Positions 1-6,216 of a DNA stretch of 11,709 nucleotides are shown in pieces. Numbering within the stretch: position 1 is the first letter of the stretch; each line of letters opens with the position of its first letter. The notes under the pieces were generated by a model. The model saw only the letters and a program-made list of their open reading frames with translations, did no database searches and was not told the DNA's origin. Source of the DNA: a virus (taxonomy: Duplodnaviria > Heunggongvirae > Uroviricota > Caudoviricetes); IMG/VR virus record IMGVR_UViG_2548876944_000019, positions 1 through 11,709 of that record. One strand, given 5' to 3'. The translations under genes were made by a program, and so were the position numbers.

Positions 1-267
1 ATGCGCAGAAAAGAATCAAACGTTAGCAGTTTGCCGGAACTCACCAATTTTGAGGTAAGCTATTCCCTAGTTACCAATGAAGTTTACTTGTCTGCATCCT
101 TCACTGATAACATGGCCTGTATACCAAACTGGCCCTTACAAGAATTTCCGGATCAACTAATATGCATTTCTCGAGCAAAAGCTATTGCCCTAATCGAAGA
201 GCTCCAGAAGACCATCGACTATATGGACGCAGGAATCGATCGACAATCAGGTAGCCTGCTCCAGTAG
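1..267 (+). CDS. Hypothetical protein (88 aa) in AT-rich cargo island
   Basis: ORF opens with ATG at window position 1 and stops at 265-267. Composition is AT-rich, unlike the tail genes. No motif recognised. The true start is uncertain because the ORF touches the window edge. Confidence 0.35.
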   Translation: MRRKESNVSSLPELTNFEVSYSLVTNEVYLSASFTDNMACIPNWPLQEFPDQLICISRAKAIALIEELQKTIDYMDAGIDRQSGSLLQ

Positions 268-400
268 CTGGCGAGTTTTATACTCGTTCCCTGCAACAAT
301 GGGCTTTTGGTAAGGCACTCACAAATAAGGAATTCGTTAAGGTTTTTGTTCTGGAGACTCTGAAAGATACAAGGAATCTGTTGATGGCTGGTTTGATCAT

Positions 401-441
401 ACTAATTAATATATTGTCAGACTCACAATATATTAATTAGT
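401..441. promoter_or_regulatory. Perfect 16-bp inverted repeat with 9-bp spacer, candidate operator
   Basis: ACTAATTAATATATTG (401-416), spacer TCAGACTCA (417-425), CAATATATTAATTAGT (426-441); the arms are exact reverse complements. It lies in the AT-rich intergenic region about 130 bp upstream of the 281-aa ORF. It is too AT-rich to be a stable terminator stem. Confidence 0.5.
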
Positions 442-568
442 GGTAGAACATAAAACCGAGTTCTTGACTTTCAATAGCTATTATATGCGATCAACAACCT
501 TAACCACCTCCTTATATTTTATGAGACACTCAAACAATTTAAATTTATGAGCAAAGGAAAATAATAAA

Positions 569-1414
569 GTGAATAAAAATCCCTGGGATATTCCAGCATG
601 GCACGCTCTGGGCCGAGAAGCATCTTTAGTTACACAGCTCATTGGTTCTGGGGCAACAGCCATAGGTAAAGCCAATTATGCAGACAAAATAGGTGAATAT
701 TACACAGCATTTTTTGGGCTTTCTGTAGGTTTTGAGAGACTTGCTAAACTAATACTTGTTGCGCACTATGCCATTGAACACAAAGGGAAAATGCCTGACG
801 AGAATATTGTAAGAAAATTTGGACATAAGCTCATTGAATTAACCAACGAGGTTGATAGCATTTCTAAAAAAATGCAACTATCTCTGAGATATTCACGTCC
901 TACACATAAAATTACCTACAAAATACTTGAATGTTTAGATTCCTTTGCTGATGCCCGACGGGGACGTTACGCAAATTTCTCCTCATTAAGCAGCCCCAAT
1001 TTAACCAATAATGAACCTATTAATAAATGGTGGGGAGAAGTAGCCGAGAGTATCCTTGAAAAACATTATTATTATACAGTTGAACAAAGACGTGTTGAAG
1101 AAAATGCTAGGTTTATCAATGCCACTCTTTCACCGTATACAACGGTCATGTATATGAATGAAAGTACCAACATTATGCAAGACCTTATATCAGCCTCCAT
1201 CCGTACTGGACAAAATACCATTGTTCAAAAGTGGGGAAGATTCTATTCTCTTAGCATCGCTCGTTGGCTTGCCACAGTATTAACAGAACTGTCTGATATA
1301 GCTTCTCATAAATATGGAATAATTAGTTTTTATGGCCTTAGTGAACATTGTTGCAGTTATATAGTTGAAGATAGTTTTTTAAAAAACAGAAAAATATGGC
1401 CACTTCGCCAATAG
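569..1414 (+). CDS. Hypothetical protein (281 aa), candidate accessory or defence cargo gene
   Basis: GTG start at 569 preceded by AAGGA at 554-558; stop TAG at 1412-1414. AT-rich relative to the tail genes. No hydrophobic membrane segments noticed. No family recognised by eye; the only weak hint is one R-x5-H pattern (RYSRPTH). Confidence 0.6.
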   Translation: MNKNPWDIPAWHALGREASLVTQLIGSGATAIGKANYADKIGEYYTAFFGLSVGFERLAKLILVAHYAIEHKGKMPDENIVRKFGHKLIELTNEVDSISKKMQLSLRYSRPTHKITYKILECLDSFADARRGRYANFSSLSSPNLTNNEPINKWWGEVAESILEKHYYYTVEQRRVEENARFINATLSPYTTVMYMNESTNIMQDLISASIRTGQNTIVQKWGRFYSLSIARWLATVLTELSDIASHKYGIISFYGLSEHCCSYIVEDSFLKNRKIWPLRQ

Positions 1415-1418
1415 TTAA

Positions 1419-1733
1419 CTAGAAAATCTGCATAAGGGGGAGAAATCCCCCACCTGTAATAACATCACTACTAAAATTAACACCTCGTTCGCGCAACTCC
1501 TCTACCAGCACGACAAGATGCCGCATACTGCGCCCCAGTCGGTCCAGTTTCCAGACCACCAGCGTGTCACCTGCCGATAATGTCCTGAGCAGCTTTTTCA
1601 GTCCTGGTCTGTCGGACTTTGTACCGCTTATCTTGTCTTCAAAAATCAGCTCACATCCTGCACAGTTCAGCGCATTACGTTGTAGATCTGTGTTCTGGTC
1701 ATTTGTTGACACACGTACATAGCCAATAAGCAT
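1419..1733 (-). pseudogene. pin: Truncated serine DNA invertase (Din family, Pin/Gin/Hin/Cin-like); catalytic N-terminal domain only
   Basis: N-terminus MLIGYVRVSTNDQNTDLQRNAL...VVWKLDRLGRS...LRERGVNF matches the resolvase/invertase catalytic domain as I recall it, with the catalytic Ser in the RVST motif. After residue 87 (nt about 1473) the sequence becomes unrelated (SSDVITGGGFLPLMQIF) and stops at 104 aa. Full-length Din invertases are about 180-190 aa and end in an HTH DNA-binding domain. Confidence 0.85.
1436..1451. terminator. GC stem-loop (GGGGGA-GAAA-TCCCCC), possible terminator at the junction of convergent genes
   Basis: 6-bp perfect stem with a GAAA loop, 22 nt after the stop of the 281-aa ORF and inside the non-native 3' tail of the truncated invertase ORF. 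The plus strand lacks a U-tract after it; the minus strand has a partial T-rich run (TTATGCAGATTTTCT). Confidence 0.3.
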
Positions 1734-1787
1734 GAGAAATAACCCTGTAAAAATCCGGGATCATGCCATCTGAGCCGAATAACTGCA

Positions 1788-1813
1788 TTTTCTAAAAGGT
1801 TGGTTTGGGAGAA
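1788..1813. other. Left inversion crossover site (gix/pix/hix-like, 26 bp), core TT at 1800-1801
   Basis: TTTTCTAAAAGG TT GGTTTGGGAGAA. The reverse complement (TTCTCCCAAACC AA CCTTTTAGAAAA) resembles the Din-family site pattern TTCxxxxAAACC-AA-GGTTTxxGAxAA recalled from hix/gix. It lies 55 bp upstream of the invertase start, as in Mu and e14. Confidence 0.6.
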
Positions 1814-2293
1814 GGCTCTGCATTACCTGTTGGTGTCCCTGTTCCGTGGCCTTCAGCCACCCCGCCGACAGGCTGGCTGAAATGCAACGGTGCGGCTTTT
1901 TCTGCTGAAGAATACCCGGAACTGGCAAAGGCTTACCCGACAAATAAATTGCCTGATTTACGCGGTGAGTTTATTCGTGGCTGGGATGACGGACGTGGAG
2001 TGGATAACGGAAGGGGATTATTAACGCTTCAGGACGGTGCGATTGTCAGTCATAACCACTATTGGGGAATCTGGACTTCACGAACTAACGACCAGACTCT
2101 GGGAAGTTTTTCAGGCACCACGATTTTAAAACAAATCACGCCCCTGTCTCCGGCCATTGACTTCGATAATTACCAAATTCCCAACCCGGCTATTACAGAG
2201 GGTGGTGTTGTTGCGGCAACGACTAAACCTGCAGGTGCGAATGAAACACGCCCACGAAATGTCGCTTTTAACTATATTGTGAGGGCTGCATAA
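1796..2293 (+). CDS. Alternative tail-fibre C-terminal (receptor-binding) segment, Sv'-like, without its own start codon
   Basis: The frame opens immediately after the TAA at 1793-1795. It has no ATG; the ORF track start at 1805 is TTG with a weak SD. It carries a tail-collar-like motif (GWLKCNGAAFSAEEYPELAKAYP). The stop TAA at 2291-2293 overlaps the ATG of the downstream Tfa gene. Confidence 0.7.
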   Translation, partial: KVGLGEGSALPVGVPVPWPSATPPTGWLKCNGAAFSAEEYPELAKAYPTNKLPDLRGEFIRGWDDGRGVDNGRGLLTLQDGAIVSHNHYWGIWTSRTNDQTLGSFSGTTILKQITPLSPAIDFDNYQIPNPAITEGGVVAATTKPAGANETRPRNVAFNYIVRAA

Positions 2294-2895
2294 TGAATAA
2301 CGCAGAATTAAACAGTGAATTAATTGCCACTATGGCAGGAGAAATTACTGTTTATAACTTTGACGTCATGAGTCGGGAGTATATTTCAGCTTCAACTGAA
2401 TATCTTGCTGTTGGTGTCGGCATTCCGGCATATTCCTGTTTAGATGCTCCAGGCACCTACAAAGCTGGTTATGCAATCTGCCGCTCTGCAGATTTTAACT
2501 CATGGGAATATGTACCAGACCATCGCGGTGAAATCGTCTATAACACCGAAACGGGAGACGCCAAAGAAATCACAACTCCGGGTGATTACCCCGAAAAAAC
2601 AACCACTATCGCCCCGTTAACGCCATACGATAAATGGGATGGTGAGAAATGGGTGACGGATACTGAGACACAGCATAGCGCCGCAGTAGACGCGGCAGAA
2701 GCACAACGTCAGTCACTGATTGATACTGCAATGGCTTCCATTAGTCTGATTCAACTGAAATTGCAGGCCGGGCGGAAGCTGATGCAGGCAGAGACCACCC
2801 GACTTAACACTGTGCTGGATTACATTGACGCGGTGACGGCAACAGATACCAGTACCGCGCCGGATGTCATCTGGCCTGAACTGCCGGAGGAGTAG
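2293..2895 (+). CDS. Tail-fibre assembly protein (Tfa/U'-type chaperone) paired with the alternative fibre tip
   Basis: 200 aa, coupled to the upstream Sv' frame by a TAATG overlap. The C-terminus (LDYIDAVTATDTSTAPDVIWPELPEE) is the conserved Tfa C-terminal motif. It sits convergent to the other Tfa gene. Confidence 0.8.
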   Translation: MNNAELNSELIATMAGEITVYNFDVMSREYISASTEYLAVGVGIPAYSCLDAPGTYKAGYAICRSADFNSWEYVPDHRGEIVYNTETGDAKEITTPGDYPEKTTTIAPLTPYDKWDGEKWVTDTETQHSAAVDAAEAQRQSLIDTAMASISLIQLKLQAGRKLMQAETTRLNTVLDYIDAVTATDTSTAPDVIWPELPEE

Positions 2896-3313
2896 GCCAT
2901 TCAATATCTGGCGCACTGGAAGTATCGACCAGTTCCAGTGCGTCCAGATAATCCAGCCACAAATTATATTGCGCCAGTTCGTCACCTTTCAGACGACCAA
3001 TAGCGGCTTTACCGGGCCACTGCTTACTATTGATATAATAGTTAGCCTGCTCAATACGGGACCTTTTTTCGGCGTCAGCAGTTCTAACAAGTTCTTCGTG
3101 AGTCGGTTTAGGTTCATCTACCCATTCAGGGAAGCCATCATTCCCTGCTGCACGTATCTTGCCATCCGGTGCATTTTCTGCTTTCCAGGAGATAAATCCG
3201 TCCTCATCAAAATCGACTCCCTCATCAGGCCATTGCCCGCTTGCCAGGTAGCTATCCTTAAGGGAGTAAGGGAAAAATTCGTTTGTAACTGCTGAGTATC
3301 TGTATTTGGTCAT
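2867..3313 (-). CDS. Tail-fibre assembly protein (Tfa/U-type chaperone) for the currently expressed fibre
   Basis: 148 aa, immediately downstream of the fibre gene (fibre stop codon 3316-3318, ATG at 3313). The C-terminus (LWLDYLDALELVDTSSAPDIEWPTPP) is the conserved Tfa motif. Confidence 0.85.
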   Translation of the reverse strand: MTKYRYSAVTNEFFPYSLKDSYLASGQWPDEGVDFDEDGFISWKAENAPDGKIRAAGNDGFPEWVDEPKPTHEELVRTADAEKRSRIEQANYYINSKQWPGKAAIGRLKGDELAQYNLWLDYLDALELVDTSSAPDIEWPTPPAVQAR

Positions 3314-3315
3314 AT

Positions 3316-3987
3316 TTATTTCCCTATGGCTATCCAGGCAATTTCTGCTCCTGGAGTGCTCCAGTTGGCAATTCGGATTGTTGAAAGATCAGCTGACGAC
3401 ACGCCAACTGGTTTTGAAGGTGAGGGATCTGAACCCCAGAACGAAGCAAGAACAATATAGCCTGAGGTAGTAAAAGGGATTGGCAGCGTCCTTACCGCAA
3501 TCTGTCCTGCCGCCATGGTTGTCCTCCCGCTCTGAATAATTGTCCCGTCTGGAAACTTTACCCACCCACTACCACTGGTCCATGCAGACATGTCTGGTAG
3601 TTGGTTAGCACCTGTTCCGACATCTCGTTTCGCCGCTTCGCCCAAACCAAGATTTGAGAGGGCCGTTTTCACCGTGCCATCCGATTTGATATCACCAAAC
3701 GGATTCTTGCGGCTCAGGTATTCAACAGCAAACCCCGATCCCAGCAATTCAACAAAACCGGGCAGATCACCATTATCAAGCACATCCCGTTGCGTTTTGT
3801 CACTTACAAACTGGGCCAGAGCTGCAGCAATAAAGCTGGCCTGCCGAATAACCTTATTGACTTGCGCACTGGATGCTTTCCCTGCTGTAAATCCGGATAA
3901 AAGCGCAGGCAACGCTTCCCATTCCTCCTGCGACATAACATTGGCATTTTTACCCGTTGCGAATGCTTTAAAGTCATTTTTTGCCAT
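3316..3987 (-). CDS. Tail-fibre protein (constant N-terminal part fused to the currently oriented variable C-terminal part)
   Basis: The ATG at 3987-3985 overlaps the TGA of the upstream gene (ATGA), so it is preferred over the in-frame ATG at 4005 given in the ORF track. The right crossover site lies in frame inside it (ALSNLGLGE). It is followed by a Tfa gene. Confidence 0.8.
   Translation of the reverse strand: MAKNDFKAFATGKNANVMSQEEWEALPALLSGFTAGKASSAQVNKVIRQASFIAAALAQFVSDKTQRDVLDNGDLPGFVELLGSGFAVEYLSRKNPFGDIKSDGTVKTALSNLGLGEAAKRDVGTGANQLPDMSAWTSGSGWVKFPDGTIIQSGRTTMAAGQIAVRTLPIPFTTSGYIVLASFWGSDPSPSKPVGVSSADLSTIRIANWSTPGAEIAWIAIGK
3637..3662. other. Right inversion crossover site (inverted relative to the left site), core AA at 3649-3650
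   Basis: TTCGCCCAAACC AA GATTTGAGAGGG. Its reverse complement matches the left site at 13 of 14 positions across core plus inner half (TTGGTTTGGG[C/A]GAA). It lies inside the tail-fibre gene at the constant/variable junction. Confidence 0.6.
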
Positions 3988-4667
3988 CAGAGTAATACTC
4001 CCCATGCCCCTACATCAAAACCACTGATGAATTCGTTATCCATATCAAAACCAAAAAATTTTGAACCTTCCGATGGGGTTTCCACCGAAGGTGTTTCAAT
4101 GCCACCCGCCCACACCCCGGCGGCTTTTACTGTGAGATATCCCTGTTTAATTGCAGCAATTAACTCACGCGATACATCTGAAATATCAGTATCAGGAAAG
4201 ACCCAGACCGATATCGTCATGTCCTGGTTATCGACAATCTGCATTCGCAGCCCGGATCCTGCTGTTGCCGCGTCAAGAATTGCCGGAAGCGAATCATTCC
4301 GTCCGTCCCAGTTATTAATCGCAATCTTCGCTTTAAGAATGACACGATAAGTTTCATCGCTGAGATACATGTATCCAGAATCAGGATCATATGGCCCCTG
4401 CCATACCCCCTGATCATATCCAAGCCCGTCGGTATCCCAGCTGAAATAGACACCTGAGATAGGCTGGCTGACAACACGGCTACGTCCGATCCACAATCCC
4501 AGAATGTCAAGTTGCACACCAACCGCAGAGTCAATATCAAATGCAGTAATCAGCCCTCTGGTGGCAGCCGCAACATCAATAAGTGGCCGGGTCATCAGAT
4601 CAACATGCGCAAGAAATTTAGGTTTGGTGGCGTGGTAGTTCGTGATTAGTTCGGTGTATTTGCTCAT
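3987..4667 (-). CDS. Baseplate/tail protein, gpI-like (Mu gp48 / P2 gpI position)
   Basis: 226 aa; sits between the gpJ-like gene and the tail fibre; ATGA overlaps at both ends. Assigned by position and size, not by a recognised motif. Confidence 0.6.
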   Translation of the reverse strand: MSKYTELITNYHATKPKFLAHVDLMTRPLIDVAAATRGLITAFDIDSAVGVQLDILGLWIGRSRVVSQPISGVYFSWDTDGLGYDQGVWQGPYDPDSGYMYLSDETYRVILKAKIAINNWDGRNDSLPAILDAATAGSGLRMQIVDNQDMTISVWVFPDTDISDVSRELIAAIKQGYLTVKAAGVWAGGIETPSVETPSEGSKFFGFDMDNEFISGFDVGAWGVLL

Positions 4668-5863
4668 GACTCCACCGTTATAACGATATTTTCCGGGGTA
4701 CAGGACGCAGATTCGTTGTATCTGATATCAATGTTTGATGACGACAAAGCCCCCGGGGATTTCCCAATCGTCAGTTCCTGAATATCGTAATAGCGTGCAT
4801 TACCGCCACTCACCACGCCAAGATTCGCCGGTGAGTAAATGCGACTTAAAAGGACCGAATTACCAATCATCAGACTATTGATATAGTCGGAAATAGCCTG
4901 CTGGATCTGTTGCCCTATCTGTGAGGTATAACCCGTAAAAACTTTTAATTTAATCCGGGCATAAACAGGTACATCACTGGAACGCGAGAATTTGATTACA
5001 TGGGGATTGCCGTATTTATCCGGAACCGTAACGGATGTTGTACCGTGAGTGGCTGTCCCCTGGCCTTTATTCCCTCTGATAGCCTGAGCAATATCCGTCA
5101 CATCACCGCCATCCACAATTACAGCAACAGAGTGTGGCGGTAACCCGTTACCGTCCTCCGAACCAGTATCGTTTTCATAGAGTTTGTGGCGGGTTACACC
5201 GGTAACATTAGAAACGGCACCATCCAGTGCTTCAAATGGGGTTATTGATGGCAACGCAACACTTTGCGACTGGCGGATACGTAACTCCGCATCAGTTTCT
5301 GCTGGAGTGCCTACAGTAGCTGCAGCAGGATTGGTTACCGAAACCCAGCCACGGGTTGGCGTATTAATTTCAGTGATAGTTCCAGCCAGCGCCGCCACTG
5401 CACCACTGACGGAACATTTTGCGGTCGCCATCACTGTACCATCCACGCCGACCACCACTGAAGCAGGCAAACGCCATATCACATTATTACTGTCTTTCAC
5501 GCTGCCATTAATGATGGTTGTTCCGGCAGTTCCTGTAAGAAGCAAATCAACCGTAGAGTTCGTCGCGCCTTTACGTGAAATACCATTTATTTTCACGTTG
5601 CTGGTCAGTGCAGCCCCATAGCCGGTTGCCGGTGAAAAACAGTTGTAGACAGTTATCGCCATATTATTGGCATCATGAATCGCCAGCGCCATCAGAGCCA
5701 CCATCTGGCCGTCTTTGCTGTCCGGTTCGAGGTAGGCATCACTGCCATAAACCTGCTGAAAATAGCTAATCAGGGTGCTGAGTATCGTCTGATAATCAGG
5801 CGCACTGATCCCCTCCGCGGTTACCTTTGCAGATAAACCGAGAGAATCAAGGTTCAGAGCCAT
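4664..5863 (-). CDS. Baseplate protein, gpJ-like (Mu gp47 position)
   Basis: 399 aa; follows the gpW-like gene with a TAATG overlap and precedes the gpI-like gene with an ATGA overlap. Assigned by synteny. Confidence 0.6.
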   Translation of the reverse strand: MALNLDSLGLSAKVTAEGISAPDYQTILSTLISYFQQVYGSDAYLEPDSKDGQMVALMALAIHDANNMAITVYNCFSPATGYGAALTSNVKINGISRKGATNSTVDLLLTGTAGTTIINGSVKDSNNVIWRLPASVVVGVDGTVMATAKCSVSGAVAALAGTITEINTPTRGWVSVTNPAAATVGTPAETDAELRIRQSQSVALPSITPFEALDGAVSNVTGVTRHKLYENDTGSEDGNGLPPHSVAVIVDGGDVTDIAQAIRGNKGQGTATHGTTSVTVPDKYGNPHVIKFSRSSDVPVYARIKLKVFTGYTSQIGQQIQQAISDYINSLMIGNSVLLSRIYSPANLGVVSGGNARYYDIQELTIGKSPGALSSSNIDIRYNESASCTPENIVITVES

Positions 5864-6216
5864 TACGCCTCCGATGTAACAGTCGTTATTCCATAGAGAG
5901 TGTCGATTTCAGCGGAAAACATGACACGTCGGGTCGTGGTATCCACCGTCGTATTGAAAGAGAGGATTGATTTAACGCCCCGCGTTTCCAGAATGCGTTT
6001 TCTGATCGCCAGGTTGTAAGTTTCCGGTTTTTGCCTGCCCAGCACGGACTGGATCCACGGAGTCCCCTCGGTGGTGTCGAGAAACCATTGCCCATACCAT
6101 AATTCGAATCGCGTTTTTACCGCCTGCGCCACGGCCTCCGGTGAGTTAATCAGCCAGGTGTCATCACCGCTGCCAAAGGTATAATCGCCATCGGCGTCTT
6201 CACGTCTGTATCGCAT
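5863..6216 (-). CDS. Baseplate wedge protein, gpW/gp25-like
   Basis: 117 aa, a size typical of gpW/gp25. Its C-terminal region resembles P2 gpW as I recall it. It sits between the spike and the gpJ-like gene with overlapping start/stop codons. Confidence 0.55.
   Translation of the reverse strand: MRYRREDADGDYTFGSGDDTWLINSPEAVAQAVKTRFELWYGQWFLDTTEGTPWIQSVLGRQKPETYNLAIRKRILETRGVKSILSFNTTVDTTTRRVMFSAEIDTLYGITTVTSEA

Larger units (their letters stand above)
1802..3648. other. Invertible tail-fibre segment (G/P-segment-like, about 1.85 kb) between the two crossover cores
   Basis: Contains the variable fibre tip plus Tfa on the minus strand and an alternative tip plus Tfa on the plus strand, arranged convergently. 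This is the classic Sv-U / U'-Sv' layout. Both junctions encode LGLGE in frame. Confidence 0.6.

Noticed and set aside
413-441. LexA (SOS) box within the palindrome
   Set aside because: The dyad contains TTGT...ACAA, not the CTGT-N8-ACAG core of the enterobacterial LexA consensus, and the spacing does not fit.
481-675. 64-aa minus-strand ORF spanning the 5' end of the 281-aa gene
   Set aside because: It overlaps the better-supported plus-strand gene and its upstream region; it has no SD and is an AT-rich chance ORF.
268-1475. IS element or transposon as the carrier of the cargo island
   Set aside because: No transposase-like ORF is present, and I found no terminal inverted repeats flanking the island within the window. 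The 16-bp palindrome is internal, not a pair of distant ends. The carrier could lie beyond the window start.
1761-1943. 60-aa minus-strand ORF across the left crossover site
   Set aside because: It runs antisense to the alternative fibre tip and across the recombination site; most likely spurious.
1805-2293. TTG at 1805 as an independent start for the alternative fibre tip
   Set aside because: The frame is open from 1796, directly after a stop inside the crossover site, and the encoded peptide begins with the LGLGE junction shared with the constant fibre part. It is better explained as a start-less cassette expressed only after inversion. Weak independent translation cannot be excluded.
2713-3295. 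90-aa minus-strand and 143-aa plus-strand ORFs overlapping the Tfa genes
   Set aside because: Alternative-frame or antisense reads of the two Tfa genes; Cys/Phe-rich products with no motifs.
3316-4005. ATG at 4005 as the tail-fibre start (229 aa)
   Set aside because: The ATG at 3987 forms an ATGA overlap with the upstream stop, matching the coupling pattern of the rest of the operon. The 4005 start would overlap the upstream gene by 19 nt. Both remain possible.
3590-4350. Plus-strand ORFs (145 aa and 107 aa) antisense to the fibre and gpI-like genes
   Set aside because: They overlap well-supported minus-strand genes, and their composition is consistent with antisense frames.
5184-5769. Plus-strand ORFs (145 aa and 64 aa) antisense to the gpJ-like gene
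   Set aside because: Shadow ORFs inside a coupled structural gene.
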